32,000 nucleotides of DNA from contig NZ_CP047960.1 in NCBI RefSeq assembly GCF_014280195.1, forward strand, positions 30,001 through 62,000, in the 5' to 3' direction. The stretch is from Synechococcus sp. A15-24 (GTDB lineage Bacteria > Cyanobacteriota > Cyanobacteriia > PCC-6307 > Cyanobiaceae). The notes below the pieces were generated by a model, which did not search any database, was not told the DNA's origin, and saw only the letters and a list, made by a program, of their open reading frames with translations. Positions 6,896 through 15,145 of the stretch are shown here, piece after piece. The translations under genes and the position numbers were made by a program. How positions within the stretch are numbered: position 1 is the first letter of the stretch; every line of letters begins with the position of its first letter.

Positions 6896-7105
6896 ATGCT
6901 CTCGTCTTCGAAGACTGAATCACTGTCTGATCAGCGTGAAGCGTATTCACAAGCTGCTCAGAGCTTATTTAATAAAGCCAAGCTCATAGCTGAAGTTGGT
7001 CAATATTCGGAAGCAGGGTCGTTAATCCTGAAAGCTCTTGATCAGGAGCGTCGCGCACAAGGCAGTGGACCGCAGGTTTTGCAGCTCATCAAACCCCGTG
7101 GCTGA
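6896..7105 (+). CDS. Small hypothetical protein (AT-rich ORF)
   Basis: 69 aa from the ATG at 6896 (track start is TTG at 6854). Predicted all-helical. 'AKLIAEVGQYSEAGSLILKALDQE' parallels the motif in the preceding ORF. It lies in the 44% G+C patch. Confidence 0.45.
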   Translation: MLSSSKTESLSDQREAYSQAAQSLFNKAKLIAEVGQYSEAGSLILKALDQERRAQGSGPQVLQLIKPRG

Positions 7106-7119
7106 GTTTTTGATGATCA

Positions 7120-7191
7120 AGCGGGTGACCGGATTCGAACAGGCGACGTTCAGCTTTGGAAGCTGACATTCTACCACTGAATTACACCCGC
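7120..7191 (-). tRNA. trnW: tRNA-Trp (anticodon CCA)
   Basis: The reverse complement folds as a cloverleaf: acceptor GCGGGTG/CACCCGC, D arm ATTC-AGTGGTA-GAAT, anticodon arm TCAGC-TTCCAAA-GCTGA, 5-nt variable loop, T arm GCCTG-TTCGAAT-CCGGT. As I read it, the T stem has one U:C mismatch and one G:U pair. CCA is not encoded. Confidence 0.88.
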
Positions 7192-7224
7192 AAACTGGCA
7201 AGATCACTCTCGCCGTCTTCTGTT

Positions 7225-8373
7225 TCAGCTGAGCGCTGCTGCTGCTGCTGCGACGCCTGCTCCCATGCTGCCGCTTTGTAAACCCAACGACTGAAGCGTG
7301 GCTTCAATGGCGGACACGGCGGTCAAGACATCGCGATCGCAGACATAACCAAGGTGGCCGATGCGGAACACTTTGCCCTTCAGGTGATCCTGACCGCCGG
7401 CGAGGAGGATGTCGAAGCGCTCCTTCACGGCTTTACGCAATTGCTCGGCATCGATGCCATCGGGAGCTACAGCGGTGATGGCTGGACTGCCGTGGCCTTC
7501 AGCCGCAAACAACGGCAGCCCGATCGCTTTCATGCCCGCCTGGGCGGCTGACCGGTGGCGAGCATGACGGGCAAAGATTGCTTCCAGGCTCTCTTTCTGC
7601 ATCATCTCCAAAGCAGCTTCCAGGCCGAAATAGAGATTGACCGCCGGCGTGAAGGGGTTGCTGTTCTTGGCGGCGGTTTTTCGGTATGGGCCCAGATCCA
7701 GATAGAACTTCGGCAGATCCGAGCGTTCATAGGCCTGCCAGGCCCGTTCGCCCATGGCCACAAAGCTGAGGCCGGGTGGAAGCATGTAGCCCTTCTGGGA
7801 TCCGGAGGCCACCACATCCACGCCCCAGGCGTCCATGGGTACATCGGTGGCCCCGAGGCTGGTGACGCAGTCCGCGATGGTCAGGGCGGTGCCGTGGGCC
7901 TTCACATGGCGGGCGATGGTCTCCAGGTCGTTAATGACTCCGGTGGACGTCTCGGAATGGGTGAGGATCACTGCTTTGATCGCCTTGGCGCTGTCGGCTT
8001 CCAGGGCCAGGCGGAAGGCTTCCGTGTCGAGGGGTTGGCCCCACTCGGCTTGGATCACCTCCACCTCCAGGCCGTAGGCGCGCGCAACCTTCACCCAGCG
8101 CTCACCGAATTTGCCGTTGTCGCCGCAGAGCACCTTGTCGCCGCGACTGAGGGTGTTGATGATGCCGGCTTCCATGGCGGCGGTGCCGCTGGCGGTGATC
8201 ACCAGCACATCACCCTGGGTCTGGTGCAGCCACTTCAGCTGTTCCGTGGTGCGTTGAACAACGGCCTGGAACTCACCACTGCGGTGGCCGATCGGGTGGC
8301 GCCCCATGGCCTTGAGCACTGACTCGGGCACCGGGGTCGGGCCCGGAATCATCAGGGTGAGCTTGTCCTGCAC
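7225..8373 (-). CDS. Class-V pyridoxal-phosphate aminotransferase (serine-pyruvate / alanine-glyoxylate type; cyanobacterial 'soluble hydrogenase small subunit' family)
   Basis: 'LTLMIPGPTPVPESVLKAMGRHPIGHRSGEF' is the typical class-V N-terminus. The PLP-lysine context is 'VASGSQKGYMLPPG'. Start is either GTG at 8373 ('VQDKLTLMIPGP') or ATG at 8352. The tracked 8442 start adds an unlikely extension into the divergent promoter. Confidence 0.9.
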   Translation of the reverse strand: MQDKLTLMIPGPTPVPESVLKAMGRHPIGHRSGEFQAVVQRTTEQLKWLHQTQGDVLVITASGTAAMEAGIINTLSRGDKVLCGDNGKFGERWVKVARAYGLEVEVIQAEWGQPLDTEAFRLALEADSAKAIKAVILTHSETSTGVINDLETIARHVKAHGTALTIADCVTSLGATDVPMDAWGVDVVASGSQKGYMLPPGLSFVAMGERAWQAYERSDLPKFYLDLGPYRKTAAKNSNPFTPAVNLYFGLEAALEMMQKESLEAIFARHARHRSAAQAGMKAIGLPLFAAEGHGSPAITAVAPDGIDAEQLRKAVKERFDILLAGGQDHLKGKVFRIGHLGYVCDRDVLTAVSAIEATLQSLGLQSGSMGAGVAAAAAALS

Positions 8374-8465
8374 GGCGTGGAGGGAGCCAATCGGCCAGTC
8401 TAGAAAACAGCGTCTCATGTCCCATCGCACCTTCTGCTTCAAGCGGTACGTCCGGTGGCCTCACC

Positions 8466-9533
8466 TTGCCGGTGTGGGTGGCCTCAGCGGCGCGGGCAGC
8501 CCTGCAGGCGTTGTTGGGGAACCCGTTTGAGCCAAAGCAGCAGGTGTTGCAGCCCGATGGTGGTGAGCCTCTGCTGGTGACGGTGCGTTCGGCGGCTCGG
8601 TTGAGCGACGACCAGGCTCTGGCCATCAGCCGCTGTGATCCTGGCCCAGGGTTGGACCTCACCCGTGATCTGGAGATCTGGGTGCGCGTCGCCTGGACCC
8701 CCAGTGCGGATCAAGGCCTTGTGCTGATGCCCGGTGAGGGGGTCGGACGGTTTGGTCCCGGCGGAGATGCCTGCCTGTCGACTTATGCCCGAGAGCTGCT
8801 GGAATGCACCCTGCTGCCGTTGCTGCCTCCCGGGCGCGGCCTGGTGGTGGAACCGGTGCTGCCCTGCGGTCGCAGCCTGGCGGAGCGCACCAGCAATGCC
8901 GCCTTCGGTGTGGTGGATGGTTTGGCACTGATCGGAACCCAGGCGGAGGTGCAGCAGAGCGCGGCACCGGAGCAGTTGCAGCAGGTGCTTCGTGCGCTTC
9001 GGGCTCTGGTGGCCGATCCGGGCTTCGGAGGGTCTGTGGCGCTGGTGATCGGTGAAAACGGTCTGGATCTGGCGCGACGGGCGGGGCTATCGCCATTGCT
9101 GAAGGTGGGCAACTGGCTTGGACCGGTGCTTGTGGCTGCTGCGGAAGCCGGTGTGAAGGATCTGTTGCTGCTGGGTTACCACGGCAAATTGATCAAACTG
9201 GCTGGTGGCATCTTTCACACCCACCACCACCTGGCAGACGGCCGGTTGGAAGTGCTGACGGCACTGGGGCTCGACGCAGGCCTCAGCCTCGAAGAGCTGC
9301 GTCAACTGCGTTCCGCAGCATCGGTGGAGGATGCATTCCAACGCCTGAATCCTGAAACGGCGACGGATCTGGGGCGGTTGCTGGCGGCGACGGTGGAACA
9401 GCGCAGCCAGGCTTACATCGCCCGCTATGGCGATTGGCCCTTGCGCATTGCGGCTGTTCTGTTTGACCGGAGCAGGACGCTGCGCTGGCGTGGGCCGATG
9501 GCGGAAGAGCGCTTCTTTACGCTGAAGGATTGA
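8466..9533 (+). CDS. cbiD: Cobalt-precorrin-5B (C1)-methyltransferase
   Basis: 'LPVWVASAARAALQAL' and 'GYHGKLIKLAGGIFHTHHHLADGRLE' are CbiD hallmarks. The only start-like codons are TTG at 8466 and GTG at 8472 (see findings). Confidence 0.88.
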   Translation: MPVWVASAARAALQALLGNPFEPKQQVLQPDGGEPLLVTVRSAARLSDDQALAISRCDPGPGLDLTRDLEIWVRVAWTPSADQGLVLMPGEGVGRFGPGGDACLSTYARELLECTLLPLLPPGRGLVVEPVLPCGRSLAERTSNAAFGVVDGLALIGTQAEVQQSAAPEQLQQVLRALRALVADPGFGGSVALVIGENGLDLARRAGLSPLLKVGNWLGPVLVAAAEAGVKDLLLLGYHGKLIKLAGGIFHTHHHLADGRLEVLTALGLDAGLSLEELRQLRSAASVEDAFQRLNPETATDLGRLLAATVEQRSQAYIARYGDWPLRIAAVLFDRSRTLRWRGPMAEERFFTLKD

Positions 9534-9569
9534 CGCTCGACTGCGAGCGAGAGAAACCTTTCAGGAGCG

Positions 9570-11156
9570 ATGTCCCAGCCTTCGTCCGACGGTCAGCGTC
9601 AGCCGGCCATCGTCATCCTTGATTTCGGCTCCCAGTACTCGGAGTTGATCGCCCGCCGCGTGCGCGAAACCGAGGTGTTTTCGGTGGTGCTCGGCTACAG
9701 CACCTCAGCGGAGGAGTTGCGGGCAATGCAGCCGAAGGGGATCATCCTCAGCGGCGGTCCCAGTTCGGTGTACGCCGAGCACGCGCCACTCTGTGATCCG
9801 GCGATCTGGGAGCTGGGCATCCCGGTGCTGGGGGTCTGCTACGGCATGCAGCTGATGGTTCAGCAGCTGGGGGGTGTGGTGGAAGCCGCCAGCGGCAAGG
9901 CCGAATACGGCAAGGCACCGCTGGAGGTGGACGATCCCACCGATCTGCTCACCAACGTCACCGGTGGATCCACGATGTGGATGAGCCATGGCGACTCGGT
10001 GAAGTCCCTGCCCGAGGGATTTGTTCGCCTGGCGCACACCGCCAACACCCCGGAAGCCGCGGTTGCTCATCTACAGCGTCGCCTCTACGGCGTGCAGTTC
10101 CACCCCGAGGTGGTGCACTCCACCTGCGGCATGGCCCTGATCCGCAATTTCGTCTACCACATCTGTGGCTGTGAGCCGGACTGGACCACCAGCGCCTTCA
10201 TAGATGAGGCCGTCGCAGTGGTCCGGGAGCAGGTGGGCGAGAAGCGGGTCCTGCTGGCCTTGTCCGGTGGCGTGGATTCTTCAACCCTTGCTTTCCTACT
10301 GAAGAAAGCCATTGGTGATCAGCTCACCTGCATGTTCATCGATCAGGGCTTTATGCGGAAAGGGGAGCCGGAGTTCCTGATGGACTTCTTCGATCGGAAG
10401 TTCAACATCAATGTTGAGTACATCAATGCCCGCCAACGTTTCATCGGCAAGCTGAAGGGCATCACCGATCCGGAGGAGAAGCGCAAGATCATCGGCACGG
10501 AATTTATTCGTGTGTTCGAAGAGGAGAGCAAGCGCCTTGGACCGTTCGATTACCTGGCGCAGGGAACCCTCTATCCGGATGTGATCGAGAGCGCCGGTAC
10601 CAACGTCGATCCCAAGACCGGTGAGAGGGTGGCGGTGAAGATCAAGAGCCACCACAACGTGGGCGGATTGCCCAAGGATCTGCAGTTCAAGCTGGTGGAA
10701 CCGCTGCGCAAGTTGTTCAAGGACGAGGTGCGCAAGGTGGGGCGTGCCTTGGGCCTGCCGGAGGAGATCGTCCGCCGCCATCCCTTCCCCGGCCCTGGCT
10801 TGGCGATCCGCATCCTGGGGGAGGTCACCGACGAGAAGCTCAACTGCCTTCGGGATGCCGACCTGATCGTGCGGGAGGAAATCCGCGAGGCAGGGCTCTA
10901 TCACGAGATCTGGCAGGCCTTCGCCGTGTTGCTGCCCGTCCGCTCGGTGGGGGTGATGGGGGACAAGCGGACCTATGCCTGGCCGATTGTGCTGCGCTGC
11001 GTCTCCAGCGAAGACGGTATGACCGCCGATTGGTCACGGTTGCCTTACGACCTGATGGAAACCATCTCCAATCGCATCGTGAATGAGGTGAAGGGGGTGA
11101 ACCGGGTGGTGTTGGATATCACCAGCAAACCGCCGGGCACGATCGAGTGGGAATAG
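9570..11156 (+). CDS. guaA: GMP synthase (glutamine-hydrolysing)
   Basis: GATase nucleophile '[11 protein letters not shown]', catalytic 'FHPEV', PP-loop 'LSGGVDSST', and a conserved C-terminus 'KPPGTIEWE'. AGGAG lies 4-8 nt upstream of the ATG. Confidence 0.97.
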   Translation: MSQPSSDGQRQPAIVILDFGSQYSELIARRVRETEVFSVVLGYSTSAEELRAMQPKGIILSGGPSSVYAEHAPLCDPAIWELGIPVLGVCYGMQLMVQQLGGVVEAASGKAEYGKAPLEVDDPTDLLTNVTGGSTMWMSHGDSVKSLPEGFVRLAHTANTPEAAVAHLQRRLYGVQFHPEVVHSTCGMALIRNFVYHICGCEPDWTTSAFIDEAVAVVREQVGEKRVLLALSGGVDSSTLAFLLKKAIGDQLTCMFIDQGFMRKGEPEFLMDFFDRKFNINVEYINARQRFIGKLKGITDPEEKRKIIGTEFIRVFEEESKRLGPFDYLAQGTLYPDVIESAGTNVDPKTGERVAVKIKSHHNVGGLPKDLQFKLVEPLRKLFKDEVRKVGRALGLPEEIVRRHPFPGPGLAIRILGEVTDEKLNCLRDADLIVREEIREAGLYHEIWQAFAVLLPVRSVGVMGDKRTYAWPIVLRCVSSEDGMTADWSRLPYDLMETISNRIVNEVKGVNRVVLDITSKPPGTIEWE

Positions 11157-11208
11157 GGCTGGATCCAGTGGTCCGGGGTCGATACCTTGGGCCACCGGCT
11201 TCCTTGAT

Positions 11209-11820
11209 GTGACGGCGACCCAACCGCAGGACCTGCAGCTGCAACGGCGTTTGCAGCAGGACAGCATTCAGCTGGGTGGGCGCACCGTCTACCTGAACCC
11301 ATTCCTGTACTGGAGACGGTTCGACAGCAACACCGACCGCTGGCTGCGGGAACCGGGCCAGTTGACGGAGGATCAGATCACCGCCAACCGCCGTCGCTTC
11401 TATCCCGAACTGGATTGGGGTGAGTTGGATGACCACCAGACCGCTGTCCATGACGGTGCGGTGGAGATGTTCCTTAAGAGCCTGGACCTGATCAGCACCT
11501 TCCACCCCGAGCTGGGGTCCGGCCAGATGCTCGAGGTGGAGCGCAAGATGACGATTACTAAGAAGAAGGCCTTCGAGCGCTGGGTGGATAAAGCGCTGCG
11601 TCGCCGCAGCCGCGAGGAGGTCCGTGAACATCGCCGTTTCGAGCGCAACCGCACCTGGCAGGCCTGGCGGGAGTGGATCGCCATGGACACCACCCACAAG
11701 GCTCTGGTGCCGATGGTGATGCTGATGGTGCTCAGCGCGGTTGGTGGTTGGTCACTTGGTGCCAGTCCGTCGGCCTGCCCGACACTCACCCTGCCGTCAG
11801 TACAGACTGGGGTTCGCTGA
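11209..11820 (+). CDS. Hypothetical protein with a C-terminal transmembrane anchor
   Basis: 203 aa with a GTG start. A charged, Arg/Glu-rich helical region 'KALRRRSREEVREHRRFERNRTWQAWREW' is followed by a single hydrophobic helix 'ALVPMVMLMVLSAVGGWSLG'. Codon bias is coding-like. No family recognised. Confidence 0.6.
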   Translation: MTATQPQDLQLQRRLQQDSIQLGGRTVYLNPFLYWRRFDSNTDRWLREPGQLTEDQITANRRRFYPELDWGELDDHQTAVHDGAVEMFLKSLDLISTFHPELGSGQMLEVERKMTITKKKAFERWVDKALRRRSREEVREHRRFERNRTWQAWREWIAMDTTHKALVPMVMLMVLSAVGGWSLGASPSACPTLTLPSVQTGVR

Positions 11821-11829
11821 ATAGGCCCC

Positions 11830-12192
11830 ATGGCCGCCGAATCCGGCTCGGACAATCCCCTCGACCAACTACGTCTGTCGTTGATGCAGGAGATTTTGCC
11901 TGTGGGTTTGGCGGTGGTGGAGCGGGCCCGTCAGGGGGGGCCATCGAAGGTGGTGGAGGCCTTCACGACGGGGTCCGCAGACCCGTTGGATGATCTGCGC
12001 CAGGAGGGAGAGCCCACGGCCCGCAGTGTGCGCGAACAGCTTGATGCCGTTAGCCCTGGACTGGGTAATCCTGTGATGCCCGTGGTGGTGTCGGTGGAGG
12101 AGCCCGAAGATGAGCGGGAGGAGTTGTTGGTCACCTTGCAGCGCATTGATCAACGCCTGGCAGCCCTGAAGGCTCAGCTCCAGGCCGACTGA
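11830..12192 (+). CDS. Acidic hypothetical protein
   Basis: 120 aa with an ATG 9 nt after the previous stop. Acidic, with a C-terminal helix 'EELLVTLQRIDQRLAALKAQLQAD'. Its stop is 3 nt before the PBP2 GTG. Confidence 0.6.
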   Translation: MAAESGSDNPLDQLRLSLMQEILPVGLAVVERARQGGPSKVVEAFTTGSADPLDDLRQEGEPTARSVREQLDAVSPGLGNPVMPVVVSVEEPEDEREELLVTLQRIDQRLAALKAQLQAD

Positions 12193-12195
12193 ACT

Positions 12196-13983
12196 GTGGC
12201 GGGATTGATCCAGCAGCGGCAGACCGGCCTACGTCAGCAACCGTTGGTGCTGTTGCTGGTGGTGCTGCTGTTCTGCGGCGCCATGGTGAGTCGCCTGGTG
12301 TGGATGCAGTTGCTGGAGGGGGCGCGCTATCGGGAACTGGCCGATGAGAACCGCATCCGTCTGGTGCCGCGGTCGCCGATCCGTGGACGTTTGCTGGACC
12401 GCAAGGGACGGGTGCTGGCCACCAGCCGACTCAGCTACTCGCTGTATCTCGAGCCACGGCTCGTGGGAGACGCGGACTGGCCGGATCTAAGGGATCGTCT
12501 GGCGCGGCTGCTGAACCTCGACCCCGCCAAGCTGGATCAGGAACGTCAGCGCGGACCGGATCGGGATGGCTATCGCACCACCCTGGCCCTGGATCTACGC
12601 CCAGAGCAGGTGCTGCGCTTCCGCGAGCAAGCGCGTGGTCTCAAGGGGGCCCAGGTGGATGTGGACATCCTGCGCCACTACCCCCATGGCACTCTGGCTG
12701 CCCATGCCCTGGGATACACCCAGCCGATCACGGAATCGGAGTACGAAACCCTTGCCGAACGGGGCTACAGAATCCGCGACCGCATCGGACGGACGGGGGT
12801 GGAAGCGGCCTACGAGTCCCATCTGCGCGGCAAGTGGGGCGGTCAGATGCTGGAGGTGAACGCGATGGGGGAGGTGCAGCGGAATCTGGGTGATCGCCCG
12901 TCCGTGGCGGGGCAGGACCTCACCCTCACGTTGGATCTCGATCTGCAGCAGGCGGCGGAAACAGCGCTGGCGGACAAGCCCGGTGGGGCGGTGGTGGCCC
13001 TTGATCCCAAGGATGGAGCCATTTTGGCGCTGGCGAGCAAACCGGGGTTTGACCCCAATTTCTTCTCCAAGCTGATCACCACACAGAAGGAATACGACGC
13101 GCTTTTTTCCAATCCAAAGAAGCCATTGCTGTCCAGGGCGATGAACCCCTACGACCCCGGCAGCACCTGGAAGCCGGTCACGGCGATGGCCGGGATGGAA
13201 TCAGGCAAGTTCCCGTCGGACACCAAGTTGCACACCACGGCTTGCATCACCTACGGCGGCCATTGCTTCCCCGATCACAACGGTGTGGGATTCGGCCATA
13301 TCGGGTATGCCGATGCCCTGCGTTTCTCCAGCAATACCTTTTTCTATCAAGTGGGAGTCGGTGCCGGGTCCAAGGCGCTGAAACGGGCGGCTGATCAGCT
13401 GGGCTTTCAACAGAAAACCGGCATCGAGATCGGCTGGGAGGAAAGTGTCGGATTGGTGGGCGATGAGACCTGGGCCGCGGCGGGTCGTGGCTGGGCGGAA
13501 CCGGGGACGGTTCCCTGGATTCCTGAGGACATGGCCAGTGCGTCGATCGGTCAGTCCGTGGTGCAGATCACGCCGTTGCAGTTGGCCCGTGCCTACGCCG
13601 TGTTTGCCAATGGCGGTTGGTTGGTGACACCGCATCTGGCCCAGGGAACAACCGACTGGCTGGATGCTGATCACCGCGGCAAGGTGCCGATGAAAGCGTC
13701 CACGTTGGCCACGATCCGAGCGGGGTTGCGCAAGGTGGTGTCGGCGGGAACGGGGTTTGGACTCAACGGACCAGGCATTCCAACGGCAGCCGGCAAGACC
13801 GGCACCGCGGAGGACAGCACCGGCGGTCCGGACCATGCCTGGTTTGGGTCCTATGCCCCGTACCCCAATGGTGAGATTGTTGTGGTCGCTTTCGCCCAGA
13901 ACACCCCTGGCGGTGGATCCGTGCATGCCCTGCCGATGGCCAAAGCGGTCCTAGCGGAATGGAACCGAACCCGTCAGGAGTGA
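12196..13983 (+). CDS. mrdA: Penicillin-binding protein 2 (elongation-type peptidoglycan D,D-transpeptidase)
   Basis: N-terminal membrane anchor 'PLVLLLVVLLFCGAMVSRLVWM'. Transpeptidase motifs SxxK 'GSTWKP', SxN 'RFSSNTFF' and KTG 'AGKTGTAE'. Confidence 0.9.
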   Translation: MAGLIQQRQTGLRQQPLVLLLVVLLFCGAMVSRLVWMQLLEGARYRELADENRIRLVPRSPIRGRLLDRKGRVLATSRLSYSLYLEPRLVGDADWPDLRDRLARLLNLDPAKLDQERQRGPDRDGYRTTLALDLRPEQVLRFREQARGLKGAQVDVDILRHYPHGTLAAHALGYTQPITESEYETLAERGYRIRDRIGRTGVEAAYESHLRGKWGGQMLEVNAMGEVQRNLGDRPSVAGQDLTLTLDLDLQQAAETALADKPGGAVVALDPKDGAILALASKPGFDPNFFSKLITTQKEYDALFSNPKKPLLSRAMNPYDPGSTWKPVTAMAGMESGKFPSDTKLHTTACITYGGHCFPDHNGVGFGHIGYADALRFSSNTFFYQVGVGAGSKALKRAADQLGFQQKTGIEIGWEESVGLVGDETWAAAGRGWAEPGTVPWIPEDMASASIGQSVVQITPLQLARAYAVFANGGWLVTPHLAQGTTDWLDADHRGKVPMKASTLATIRAGLRKVVSAGTGFGLNGPGIPTAAGKTGTAEDSTGGPDHAWFGSYAPYPNGEIVVVAFAQNTPGGGSVHALPMAKAVLAEWNRTRQE

Positions 13984-13986
13984 CGG

Positions 13987-15132
13987 TCAGGCCGCCGCGC
14001 TGAGCTCCCGCTCCAGCACTTGCCGGTAATAGCCACGGAGCTGTTCTGTGGCTCCAGCCCAGCCCCAGCGTTCCGCTTCGGAGCGAGCGGCACTGCGCAG
14101 GCTCTGGCGCTCGGCGGCGTCACCCAGCAGGCGTTGGCTGGCTTTGATCAGGCTGGCGGCACCGCCATCGGCTCCATCCGGTTCATAGAGGCAGCCATTC
14201 ACACCGTCGGTGATGATGTCGGGAATGCCACCGCGGTTGGCGCCCACCACAGGGCAGCCGGCGGCCATGGCCTCCAGCAGCACCAGGCCGAGGGTTTCTG
14301 TGCTCGAGGGGAACAGGAAGGCATCTCCGCTGGCATAGGCGCCGGCGAGTTCTTCGCCGGCCAGATAGCCCACGAAGGTGGTGGCAGTGCCCTCAAAATG
14401 CTTTTGCAGTTGTTGGCGATGCGGACCGTCGCCCACCAACGCCAAGCGGGCGTGGGGCAGGGCTTCCAGTACCGGACGGATCCGTTCGATCTGTTTCTCG
14501 GCAGACAGCCGGCCCACATACAACAACAGGGCCCCACGGTCGTCCTGGCCCCCCAGGAGTCGCGCCCGCATCGCGTCGGAACGCAGTTCGGGGCGGAACA
14601 GGTCGGTGTCGACGCCCCGCTGCCACAGGTCAGTGTTCTGGATGCCTTTGTCGCTCAGTTCCTGCACCATGGCGGTGGAGGTGCAGAGGTTGAGCAGTGC
14701 CTGGTTGTGGGCGGCCTTGAGCAATTCCCACAGCAAGGGTTCGAGCATGCCCATGCCGTAGTGCTCGAGGTACTTCGGCAGGTGGGTGTGGTAGCTGGCG
14801 ATCAGCGGGATCGATTTGCTTTTCGCCAGCCAGATGCCCCCCAGGCCCAGCACGGCGGGGTTGACGACGTGGATCAGGTCCGGTTGAAAGCTGTCGATCG
14901 CTTCGGAGACGGCGGGCCGTGGCAAGGCCAGCTTGAGCTCGGGATAGAGGGGGAGAGGCATGGCGGGCACGCCGATCAACCGGGCACCCATGTACTCATC
15001 CGGACAACCCTCCGGACAGAAAACGATCACCTCATCACCGGCCTCCACCAGATGCCTCACCGTTTTGGTGAGGCGGGTGACGATGCCATCCACCTTCGGC
15101 AGGAAGGTTTCGGTGAAGAAGGCGATTTTCAC
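13987..15132 (-). CDS. sqdX: Sulfoquinovosyl-diacylglycerol synthase (GT4 glycosyltransferase)
   Basis: 'MKIAFFTETFLPKVDGIVTRL' is the SqdX-type N-terminus. The GT4 E-x7-E region is 'SSTETLGLVLLEAMAAGCPVV'. It lies immediately downstream of sqdB with a 13-nt gap. Confidence 0.88.
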   Translation of the reverse strand: MKIAFFTETFLPKVDGIVTRLTKTVRHLVEAGDEVIVFCPEGCPDEYMGARLIGVPAMPLPLYPELKLALPRPAVSEAIDSFQPDLIHVVNPAVLGLGGIWLAKSKSIPLIASYHTHLPKYLEHYGMGMLEPLLWELLKAAHNQALLNLCTSTAMVQELSDKGIQNTDLWQRGVDTDLFRPELRSDAMRARLLGGQDDRGALLLYVGRLSAEKQIERIRPVLEALPHARLALVGDGPHRQQLQKHFEGTATTFVGYLAGEELAGAYASGDAFLFPSSTETLGLVLLEAMAAGCPVVGANRGGIPDIITDGVNGCLYEPDGADGGAASLIKASQRLLGDAAERQSLRSAARSEAERWGWAGATEQLRGYYRQVLERELSAAA

Positions 15133-15145
15133 GGGCTGAACCGGA

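Noticed and set aside
6556-7119. Reading the tRNA-Trp-adjacent AT-rich patch as an integrated mobile element or genomic island.
   Set aside because: There is no integrase, excisionase, transposase or phage gene, and no convincing direct repeat of the tRNA 3' end; only a GGATTC hexamer near 6686. At about 560 nt it is far too small for a functional island. I kept it only as a compositional observation in the findings.
7333-7340. HIP1 octamer GCGATCGC (the highly iterated palindrome of cyanobacteria). By eye I found 4 copies, at 7333, 16827, 20970 and 23838.
   Set aside because: From base composition I expect roughly one copy in 32 kb, so the enrichment is mild. All copies lie inside coding regions, and my scan by eye is not exhaustive. 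It is consistent with a cyanobacterial origin but is not a local feature of interest.
9534-9549. Small hairpin CGCTCG-ACTG-CGAGCG immediately after the cbiD stop and before the guaA Shine-Dalgarno sequence.
   Set aside because: It has only 6 bp and no U-tract, and it sits in a 36-nt spacer between co-oriented genes. It is too weak to call a terminator or attenuator without transcript data.
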